DNA from: Thermoanaerobaculia bacterium
Lineage (GTDB): Bacteria > Acidobacteriota > Thermoanaerobaculia > UBA5066
Reading direction: 5' to 3'
DNA length: 64,000 nucleotides
NCBI GenBank assembly: GCA_963816185.1
Contig: CAWFJJ010000025.1
Coordinates: 224,001 to 288,000 of the forward strand
The notes beneath the pieces are model-generated. The model was not told the DNA's origin, did not search any database, and was given only the letters and a program-made list of their open reading frames with translations. Of this stretch, positions 32,437 to 41,670 are shown one piece after another. Made by a program: the position numbers and the translations under genes. Every line of letters begins with the position of its first letter. Within the stretch, counting starts at the first letter, position 1.

Positions 32437-33741
32437 ATGAACAAGAGTCCTGCTCCGAGGACGGCCGTCGAGAAGATTCTCGCGCGTGCGGCGAGCTGCG
32501 CCTCGGTCCGCGCGGGCGACGTCGTCGAGCCGCGGGTCGACCTGGCGATGTCGCACGAGAACGCGGCCCTCGTGATCAACCAGTTCCGCGAAATCCTCGA
32601 GGGAACCGGCCTCCCCCCACGGCCGTGGGACCCCTCGAAGATCGCGATCATCTTCGACCATCGGATTCCGGCGGAATCCGCGAAGACCGCCACCAACCAC
32701 AAACGCGTACGGGCCTTCGTCGCCGAGCACGGCATCGCGAAGTTCCACGACATCCGCGGCGATGTGGGCGGCATCTGCCACCAGATCCTCCCCGAGCGCG
32801 GATACGTGCGGCCTGGGATGGTCGTCGTCGGCACCGACTCCCACACGACGAGCCATGGCGCGCTCGGCGCGTTCGCGTTCGGGATCGGCGCCACCGAGAT
32901 GGCGAGCGTGTGGGCTCTCGGGGCCGTCGTCAACGTCGAGGTGCCGTCCACGATCCGGGTCGAGGTCGAAGGGATCTTCTCGGACCTCGTCGGCCCCAAG
33001 GACCTGATCCTCTATCTCGTCGGCCTCCTCACGGCGCAGGGAGCGAACTTCCGCGTTCTCGAGTTCTCGGGCGGGACGATCGAGGAGCTCTCGACCTCGG
33101 GCCGCCTCGTCTTGTGCAACATGTCGGTCGAGGCCGGTGCCACGTCGGGCATCGTGCCGGGCGACGCCGAGACGGTCCGCTACCTGCGCGAGGAAGCGCA
33201 GGTCGTCGAGCCGCTCGATCTCGTCGCGAGCGACCCCGGCGCGGAGTACGAGAAAGTCATCGCGGTCGACGTCTCGAAGATGCCCCCGCAGGTCGCCTGC
33301 CCTCACGCGGTCGACAACGTCAAGCCCGTGACGGCGGTCGCGGGAACGCCCGTCCAGCAGGTCGTCATCGGCTCGTGCACGAACGGGCGGCTGGACGATC
33401 TCGCCCAGGCGGCGCGCATCGTGCGCGGGCGCCGCGTGGCGGACGGGACCCGGATGCTCGTCTTCCCGGCCTCGGCCCGCATTTACGCGCAGGCGCTTCG
33501 ACTCGGCTACCTCGGCGACTTCATGGCCGCTGGCGCTGTCGTCATGAATCCGGGCTGCGGCCCGTGTCTCGGCATCCACGAAGGGGCCCTCGGAGACGGC
33601 GAGACGGCGATCTCGACGACGAACCGGAACTTCAAGGGGCGGATGGGAAACCCGGCCGCCGAGGTCTACCTCGCGTCGCCGGCGGTAGCGGCCGCATCGG
33701 CCCTGACCGGGGTCATCACCGACCCGAGAGAGGAGCGCTGA
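32437..33741 (+). CDS. Isopropylmalate dehydratase/homoaconitase large subunit
   Basis: FDH, GICHQ, GTDSHT, IGSCTNGR, GCGPCLG [4Fe-4S] ligands, TTNRNFKGRMG. Confidence 0.92.
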   Translation: MNKSPAPRTAVEKILARAASCASVRAGDVVEPRVDLAMSHENAALVINQFREILEGTGLPPRPWDPSKIAIIFDHRIPAESAKTATNHKRVRAFVAEHGIAKFHDIRGDVGGICHQILPERGYVRPGMVVVGTDSHTTSHGALGAFAFGIGATEMASVWALGAVVNVEVPSTIRVEVEGIFSDLVGPKDLILYLVGLLTAQGANFRVLEFSGGTIEELSTSGRLVLCNMSVEAGATSGIVPGDAETVRYLREEAQVVEPLDLVASDPGAEYEKVIAVDVSKMPPQVACPHAVDNVKPVTAVAGTPVQQVVIGSCTNGRLDDLAQAARIVRGRRVADGTRMLVFPASARIYAQALRLGYLGDFMAAGAVVMNPGCGPCLGIHEGALGDGETAISTTNRNFKGRMGNPAAEVYLASPAVAAASALTGVITDPREER

Positions 33742-33742
33742 G

Positions 33743-34252
33743 ATGCCACGCGTCATCCTGAAGCTCGGCGACGACGTCTCGACCGACGTCATCTATCCCG
33801 GGCGCTACATGGCCACGGTGCTTCCGAAAGAGACGCCCGCCCACGCCTTCGCCGACCACCCGGACTTCCAGGCGGCGCTGAGCGCCCGAGCCATCCCGCC
33901 CGGGTCGGTCATCGCGGCGGGACGGAATTTCGGCTGCGGCTCCTCGCGCGAGCAGGCGGCCTCGTGTCTCAAGGGGCACGACCTCGCGGTCGTGGCGCGC
34001 AGCTTCGCGCGCATCTTCCTGCAGAACGCGATCAACCTCGGCCTCAAGGTCGTCCTGGCCCCCTCGTTCGAGGCGAACGAAGGAGACGAGATCGTGTTCG
34101 AGGACGGGCTCGTCCTCGACCTCACCTCGGGCCGCGCGTTTCCGGTCGATCCGCTGCCGAAGGCGCGCCAGGCGATCCTCGACGCGGGCGGCCTCGTGCC
34201 GTATACGCGTGCGCGCCTGGTCGCGGCCAAGGACGCGCGCGGCGGCGAGTGA
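33743..34252 (+). CDS. Isopropylmalate dehydratase/homoaconitase small subunit
   Basis: DDVSTDVIYPGRY, GRNFGCGSSREQA, SFARIFLQNAINLG. Confidence 0.92.
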   Translation: MPRVILKLGDDVSTDVIYPGRYMATVLPKETPAHAFADHPDFQAALSARAIPPGSVIAAGRNFGCGSSREQAASCLKGHDLAVVARSFARIFLQNAINLGLKVVLAPSFEANEGDEIVFEDGLVLDLTSGRAFPVDPLPKARQAILDAGGLVPYTRARLVAAKDARGGE

Positions 34253-34261
34253 ACGTCGATC

Positions 34262-36931
34262 TCAGGGCGCGGGCCGGGGCGGGCCTGTAATCGTGAACGT
34301 TCTCGCGAGGAACGTCCGACTCCCCCGGTCGCAGCCGTACATGTAGAACACGGAACCCGTCGCCGCCGTGTGCCCCGCCGGGGAGCCGGGCGACATGAAC
34401 GACGGATACCAGCCATCGAATGCGGTCCCCGTTCCGTCCGTCGCGCACCCCTGAGTCACCGGCAGCTGGGAATTGTCGATCATCTGCGGGGCCGTCCAGT
34501 TCTGACGATCCAGGCTCGTCGCGGTCGAGAAGTACCAGGCGCCCTGAGTGGAGTTGGAGCACACGAAGGTCATCAGGTAGAGGCCGAGGCCGTCGTTGTA
34601 GCTGATCTGGCCCATGCCCTGATGTCCCGTGCATCCCCTCAAGGGCAGCGCGCCGCTGTCCTGGCCCCCGATCCCGGGCTGGCTGAACGCGCCGTCCTTC
34701 CACTTCGAGAAGATGACCGGGCCGCTCCCGCCGAGCGTAGCCCGCGCGACCCGAAGCATCCCGTCGGAGGCTGTGCCGGGAGCGCTGTACGTGACGTACA
34801 GGGCGGCCCCGTCGACGAACGCGCTCGGGATCGCGTTGCCCATCGCCACCTGCGGGCTCTCGGGAGAGCTCGGCTCCGGCGTCGGCGCCTTGAGAATGGG
34901 GTAGCGATCGGATCCGCCGAGCTCGCTGTCCGCGGGCGGCGGCCACGTCTTTCCGTTGTCCGACGACCGGGTGAACCCGACCGTGGCGTAGAAGTCATGC
35001 TGCCAGACGGCCCCGGGACAGTGGTTCTCGGCTTCGTAGATCATGATCAGGTTCCCGGGCGGCCGAGTCGGATCCTGCGTGACGGTTCCCGGAGACGCGT
35101 AGTTCAGGTCGAACTCGGGGTCGTAGGCGGGCTTGCAGCTCATGAAGGGAATCGGAGCCGTCATGACCGGCGACGTGTATCCGGCGGCGAAGTCGAAGGT
35201 TCTGAGGTCCGTCGTCTCGAGCACGACGGGACCCGCGAGTCCCGCGGCGTTGCGCATGTTCGCCGCGAAAACGAGGTACGTGTCCGAGCCGGGCGCGGGC
35301 GGAATCACCGTCGTGTGCTCGTCGGAAAGCACGGGCAGGTTCGGGTACGTCAGCGTGAGGTCGGGTCCGACCGAAAACGACGTGATCGGGGAGACCGCCT
35401 GCCCTGCAACGTAACTCCCGTCCGACGTGCCCTGGCCCGGGGCGCCGCCGTCGTTCACGACGCCGTAGACGAGGAAGTGGTCGTTTCCGGTGAGCTTGAC
35501 GAGGTGGACGTACCCGTTCGCAACGCCGAAGGGCTGGAGCACGGCGTTGATCTGCGACCAGGCTCCGGGCGCAAGCACAGGTGGAGAGACCGAGCCCGCC
35601 ATCTGGCCTGTATTTCCGTCGTAGACGTCGATCCGGAACGTGATGGAATCGCCGGCGTCCCCGAGATTCGCGACGGCGAGGTTTGAGCGATTGCCCACGT
35701 TCTGCTGGAGGCCGTAGACCCAGGCCTCGTTCAGGGCGGCGAAGCTGAGGCCCGTCCCTGCGTAAAAGAGGCCGTACTCGCCCGGACCGGTCCCGCCGAC
35801 CTCGGCGGCCGTCCGCGCGCCGGCGAATCCGCTCGATCGCGCCGACCCGTTCAGAAACGTGACGGACAGCGCTCCCGCGTACGTCGGCCCCTTCGGACCG
35901 ATGGCCACACCGTGCTGCCTCAGGTAGTCGATGGCGGAGGGGATGATCTTCTGCTCGCCCGCCTCGAAGCTCAGCGTGGCTCTTCCCCCGCCGCCCGATC
36001 CGGGCGACGCCGATTCGACGTACGTGAGCGACGCCGTCTGCGGCACGGCGAGGGGATTCGTCAGGACGAGCTCGCTCTGGAAGGTCGCGCTCTCGACGAG
36101 GACCGGGAGGAGGCGCGACTCGGCCGGCATCGAGGCCGGCTCGGCCGCGACGTACGAGCCGTCGTTCGTCGTGTTGTCGTTGACGACGGCGTAGGCCACG
36201 TAGGGGCCGGTCCCCGAGACGATCTCGACCTTTGCGTACGCGTTCGTGTAGCCCGCGAGGTCGAGCACCTTCCCGATCTGCGTCCACTGGAGGGGACCGA
36301 GCGTCGTCTCGGGCGCGAGCGTGAAGGACCGGCTGTCTCCCGCGTCGCCCGAGTAGAGCGTCACGCGGAGAGTGACCGGCGCGGCGGTGTTCGCGTTCAC
36401 GAGCGCGAGGTTCGTCCGGTCGTCCGCGTTGCTTCTCAGGCCGTAGAGATAGGACGTCTGCGTGAGCGCGGCCGGCACGTCGACGCCGGGATAGGAGAGT
36501 CCCGCGCGGCCGTCGCCGGACGGAGTCGTCGTGCGGGCGCCGACAAACGCGGCGTCCGGCGACGAGAGTCCACTGAAGGCGACGAGAAGAGTCCCGCCTT
36601 GGCTCGAGCCGGTCGGGATGGGCAGGTCCTGACTGCGGAGGTAGGCAAGCGTGTCCGGGAAGACGAGCTGGACGCCGGGCGGAAGGGCGACGTTCACCGT
36701 CCCCGCACCCGAGGCGCCGAGCACGCTTGCGGGCGAGTACGTAAGCTGCGCGGTTGCCGCCGTCGTCCCGCGGTTCGCGAGCGTCAGCTCCGTCGTGTAC
36801 CGCGCGTTCCCGAGGCCCGAGACGTCCAGCACGATCGGAACGAGCTTCGTGGCGTCCGGAGCGGCGCCCGTGGCGGCGAGGGCCGGGCATGCGAGAAGCG
36901 CGAGCGCGAGGGCAGGGGAGACGTTCCTCAC
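34262..36931 (-). CDS. Secreted protein A: N-terminal tandem module + Asp-box beta-propeller (putative glycoside hydrolase)
   Basis: Signal peptide; two ~235-aa units ending VNDxxxxDGSYV; C-terminal domain with SSDNGKTWP Asp-box; GTG overlaps the upstream stop. Confidence 0.75.
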   Translation of the reverse strand: MRNVSPALALALLACPALAATGAAPDATKLVPIVLDVSGLGNARYTTELTLANRGTTAATAQLTYSPASVLGASGAGTVNVALPPGVQLVFPDTLAYLRSQDLPIPTGSSQGGTLLVAFSGLSSPDAAFVGARTTTPSGDGRAGLSYPGVDVPAALTQTSYLYGLRSNADDRTNLALVNANTAAPVTLRVTLYSGDAGDSRSFTLAPETTLGPLQWTQIGKVLDLAGYTNAYAKVEIVSGTGPYVAYAVVNDNTTNDGSYVAAEPASMPAESRLLPVLVESATFQSELVLTNPLAVPQTASLTYVESASPGSGGGGRATLSFEAGEQKIIPSAIDYLRQHGVAIGPKGPTYAGALSVTFLNGSARSSGFAGARTAAEVGGTGPGEYGLFYAGTGLSFAALNEAWVYGLQQNVGNRSNLAVANLGDAGDSITFRIDVYDGNTGQMAGSVSPPVLAPGAWSQINAVLQPFGVANGYVHLVKLTGNDHFLVYGVVNDGGAPGQGTSDGSYVAGQAVSPITSFSVGPDLTLTYPNLPVLSDEHTTVIPPAPGSDTYLVFAANMRNAAGLAGPVVLETTDLRTFDFAAGYTSPVMTAPIPFMSCKPAYDPEFDLNYASPGTVTQDPTRPPGNLIMIYEAENHCPGAVWQHDFYATVGFTRSSDNGKTWPPPADSELGGSDRYPILKAPTPEPSSPESPQVAMGNAIPSAFVDGAALYVTYSAPGTASDGMLRVARATLGGSGPVIFSKWKDGAFSQPGIGGQDSGALPLRGCTGHQGMGQISYNDGLGLYLMTFVCSNSTQGAWYFSTATSLDRQNWTAPQMIDNSQLPVTQGCATDGTGTAFDGWYPSFMSPGSPAGHTAATGSVFYMYGCDRGSRTFLARTFTITGPPRPAP

Positions 36932-39900
36932 GGCAGGCTCATCGAGATGTAGCTCCCGTCCGAATTGGTCTGGTCGTTCAGGACACCGTAGGCGACGAAG
37001 CGCGAAGCGCCGGAGATCTTCTCGATTTTCGCCGAGCCGGCCGCCACGCCCCGCAACCCGAGCGGTTGGTTGAACTGCGCCCACTCACCGGGAGCGAGCG
37101 TCTTCGTGTCGATCGCGCCCGCCTGCGACCCGTCCGGGCCGTAGTAGGTGATCCGGAGCGAGATCGTGTCGCCGGCGTCGCCGCGGTTGACCACCGCGAG
37201 GTTCGAGCGCTGCGCGGCGTTCTGCTGGAGGCCCTGGACGAACGCGAGAGAAACGGCCGACTCGGCCATCGTGAGCCCCGTGTAGAAGAGGCCGAACGTC
37301 CCACCGCCGTGCGCGCCGATGAACGTCCGCGCTCCCGCGGCGAACGAGGACGCATCGCCCGTCGACGCGCGGAGGTCGAGCGAGCCTCCGGCGTCCCCCG
37401 CCGCCGGCACCGGAATGCCTGCCTGACGGAGGAACGCGAGGGCGTCGGGGGCGATCCTCTGTTCGTTCGGCGAGAGCGTGACGGTGCCGGTGCCGGAGCC
37501 CACCCCCGAGCCGAGCTGCGGCGAAGCCCTGTACGTCAGCGTGAGCGTGAGAGGCGACGAGGTCAGGTTCGTGAGTGTCAGCTCGGAGGCATAGCCCGCG
37601 ACGGACAGCACGATCGGAACGAGCCGGTCCGGGGCCGAGGAATCTGCGACGAGCGGCGGGATGTAGGAGCCGTCGGAGGTGACCTGGTCGTTCAGGACGC
37701 CGTACGCCGAGAAGGCACCCGTTCCCGAGGCTCGCGTGACGATCGCGAGCCCCGACGCGGCGCCCGTGCCCGCGAGCGGCGTGTTGAGCTGCGCCCAGCC
37801 GTACGGGTCGAGGCCCGTGTCCACGGTCGAGAGCTGCTGGCCCGTCGGGCCCAGGAAGACGGTGTGGAGCGTCAGAGGCACGTCGCTCGTGTTGACGAGG
37901 GCGAGGTTCGAGCGCTGAGCCGCGTTCTGCTGGAGCCCGAAGACGGTGACCGTGTCCGTGGCGACCCGGGATGCGAGATAGAAGAGACCGAAGGTGCCGG
38001 GACCTCCGGACGGGTCGGCGGTAAACGTCCGTGCGCCGATGAAGAGCCCGGAAGTCGAGGACGCACCGGAGAAGGTCGCCGTGAGCGTCCCGACGCGGGT
38101 GCTCGTGCCGGCGGGGATCAGCAAGCCCTGGCTACGGAGCCATCCGAGTATCCCGGGGAGGATCCTCTGTTCGCCTGGGGCGAGCGTGAGGCGCGCGAAG
38201 CCGGAGCCGCCACCGGCCGAGGCGGTGTACGTGAGGAGGACGTCGACGGGTGACGTCAGGCGAGAGGCAAGCGTGACCTCGGAGGTGTAGTAGCTCCCTC
38301 CCGCGCCGGGCGTCTCGAGGACGACCGGGAGGAGAAGCGAGGCGCCCGTGACGCTCGGCCGGGTGACGAGGACGGTCCGGGTCGCGGTGGCGATCGCGCC
38401 ACGCGAGTCGACACCGGTGAGCGTAACCGTGTACGTGCCGGGTACGCCGAAAGAGTGACTGACGATCGATCCGGAGGCCATGAGCGTTCCGTCCCCGAAG
38501 TCCCACGTATATGCGATCGTGCCTCCCGGGACGGAAGCGGAGCCGGTCGCGGCGAAGGACACGACGGTCCCCGCTTCGACGGTCACGTCGACGGACGGGC
38601 TCTGGATCTGGACGACGGGCGGCGTGCCGACCGTGACCGTCTTCGTAACGAGGACCTCGGCACCGATCCCGTCGCGTGCGTCGAGCGTGACAGAGTGGAC
38701 CCCGTCCGAGGGTTGGATCACCGGTGTCGACGCTGCAACGGGCGCGCCGTCCACGGTCCAGGAGTACGTGTAGGGGGGCGTGCCGCTGGCCGTGGCCGTG
38801 AGCGTCACCGCGGCGCCGCTCGGAGGAGAGGCGGGCGTCACGGTGAAATCGGCCGTCACGAGCGCCGGTGGAGCCGCAGCCTCTGCGGCGCGGCACGCGT
38901 CGCCCACGCAGCCGTCGAAGCGGTTCAGGTACGCTGCGAGGGCCGCGCTGATCGAGGGGGCGACCTTGCCCGCGACGTTCGTCAGCTCGTACGGGTCGGA
39001 CGAGACGTAGAGCTCCTTCTCATTGGACTTGTACTCGATGTACTTGTATCCGGGCGCCTGAAAGCCGAAATAGCTTGGGATCGGGACGGTCGTGGCGAGG
39101 TCCTGCTTGTCGAGAGGCTCGCGCGGGGTGCCGGCGAGCACGTCCGGCGGGTCGAACTCGCCGGTCCCGAACTCCTCGAGGTAGAAAGCCTGGCGCCACG
39201 AGGAGGGAGACGGTCCCGTCAGGAGCGGCTTGAGCGAGCGGCCGTCGGAGAAGGAGAGCGGAGAGACGTCGGCGAGGTCCGCGAATGTCTCCGCGAGGTC
39301 GATGTCCGACGTGTACTCGCCCCGCACGACGCCGGCCGGCACGCCGGGGCCGCGCACGACGAGCGGGACGTGAATGTCGGTCTCGTACGGCGTGTACTTC
39401 CCGGGAAGGAGACGGTGCTCGCCCATGTGGTAGCCGTTGTCGGACGCGAAGACGAGGTACGTGTTCGCGAGGCGGCCGGTTGCCGACAGAGTCGACACGA
39501 GCCTCGCGATGGCCTCGTCCACGGCCTGGAGCGCCTGGAGGCGCATCCGGTAGTCCGAGTCGATGCCCGCAATGTCCGCCGCTGTCAGGAGAGGCTTGCT
39601 GCTGATGTACTGCGGGCTTCTCGCTCACGTCCGCCTCGTTGAAGGACGGGAAGTGCGGAGCCGTGACGCCGGGGAAGAGGCCCGCGTGCCGTGGAGCGGG
39701 CGTGTACGGCGCGTGCGGAGCGTACGTCGCGAAGTACATGAAGATCGGCTGGCTCGGCGTCGACGCGGCGCGCTGGATGAAGTCCACGGCCTTGCCGAGG
39801 TAGACGTCCGTCCCGTAGTCGGCGGGAGTGCTGCCATACGAGAACTTCTTGCCGTTCTCGTTGAGGTCGTAGCCGTACTCGCCGTACGGGTTGCCCCCGA

Positions 39901-41638
39901 TGGGGCTGTACCACTCGTCCCAGCCGGGCGGGATGTAGAACGTGTCCGCCGTGTCCGGATAGCCGTTCAGGTACTTGCCGAAGAGGGCGGTTCGGTAGCC
40001 GGCCCCGTGGAGGAGCGTCGCGATCGTGGACGCCTCGACGTTCTCGTTGTACGCCTTTTCGAAGCCGCCGGTCGGCAGCGAGTTCCCGAGGACCCCGGTG
40101 TTGTGCGGGTACTGGCCGCGGAGGATCGTCGTCCGGGACGGGCAGCAGAGCGAGAGCGGGACCATGTTGTTCGGGAACGTCGTGCCCCGGGCCACGAGAA
40201 GCTCCTGCAGGTGCGGCATGTACGCGAGCATCCCGCTCTGGACGTCCTGGTCATCCGTCAGGATCAGGACGATGTTCGGCGCGCCGGGCGGAGCGACCGG
40301 GCTCCCCTCGACGAGGACGGGCTTCGCCCCGATCGCGACCGAGCTGCCCGGTGTGATCGGGGTCGTGGCGCCCGTAACGTCACGCATCTCGGTGTAGCCA
40401 GGTCCCGGCGAAAACGTCGCCGATCCCTTCGTGTTCCAGACGGCCTTCGCAACGTAGCCGCCCGGGCGCGTGAGCGAGCACGTCCACGTGCCGGACGCGT
40501 CGCCCGAGCAGGGCTGGGCGAGCGTCGCCCCGACGAGCCAGTGGTAGACCTCGCGGTACGCGGCGCCCGCCGCCGTCGGGTTGCCCGAGGCGTCCTCGAT
40601 GTCGCCCCAGCCGAAGGCGGGAGGCGCCCACGTGTACCACGCGGCGAGCTGCAGGTTCAGTGACGCGCGCAGCCCCGCCTGAAGGAGCGTATACCGCGTG
40701 ATCCATGCGATCTGAGTGTTCGGGTCGGTGACCGTGTTGTTCCCCCAGCTCCCTTCTGTCTGGTACATCGGCTTGCCGGCGAGGCCGTACTGGTCGAAGA
40801 CGGCGCGCATCTGCGTCGCCTTCGTGACGATGGACCCGTAGCACGTCACGAAGGGTGTGCAGCCCGACGTCCCGTCGTCCTCGGGCATCGGGAACGGGTT
40901 CACTCCGTTCGGCGCCCCGACGTACCCGTGGAAGGCGCCGCCGTCCGCGTACGGGGCGCCGCCGGTCTGCAGGTACGACGTCATGTGCGTGACACCGCTG
41001 CGCGGCGACGCCGTGCCGACCGGGCCGGCGACCGAGGGTGTCAGGAGAATCGAGTTCGGGTCCGCGTGGACGATCGGGTACGCGGCCCGCGCGAGCGCGA
41101 CAAGCTGGGCGTCCGTGCCGGTCCACCAGAGGTTCACGTTGAACTCGTTCCAGAGCTCGTAGATCCTGACGTGCGGCTTTGCCGCGCCGTTGTAATGCTG
41201 GAGGAGGGCCGTGACGAAGTCCTTCCAGTCCTGGACGTCGTCGGGCGGAGCCGTGCAGACCGAGATCCCGTTCGTGGTCCCGCACGTGCTCTTGTCCGCG
41301 ACCGCCCAGCCCGGCGTCCCGGCGGCGAGCGTGATCGCCACGTTCGCCGTGTTCGTCGACGTGTCCACGAGGCCGTTCTTCTGCGCGGCCGCGACGTACG
41401 CGTCGAACAGAGTGAAGTCGAAGACCCCTTTCTGCTGCTCGATCCGCTGCCAGGCGAAGTCTCCGTGCGCGATCGTCCCCATCGGCACGGCGGGGACGTC
41501 CTTCGCGTTGACCATGGAGACGCCGAAGAACTCGGGCGGGATCGGCGTCGCCGTCTGCGCCCTCGAGGAGGCCGGAGAGGCGAAATGCGCGATCAGGACG
41601 CCGAGGATCAAAGTCGTCTTGCGAAAATGAGTTCTCAA
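36928..41638 (-). CDS. Secreted protein B: GH-A clan glycoside hydrolase + sulfatase + 2 PKD/Ig + C-terminal tandem module (1-nt frameshift ~39614)
   Basis: YELWNEFN and YQTEG catalytic-type Glu motifs; PNIVLILTDD, LCCPSR, GKYLN, SDNGYH sulfatase motifs; YTWDFGDG PKD; removing one C joins EKP-QYISSK into ~1570 aa. Confidence 0.85.
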
Positions 41639-41670
41639 TTCTGACCTTTCTTTTGCCGCCGCCCGTGACG

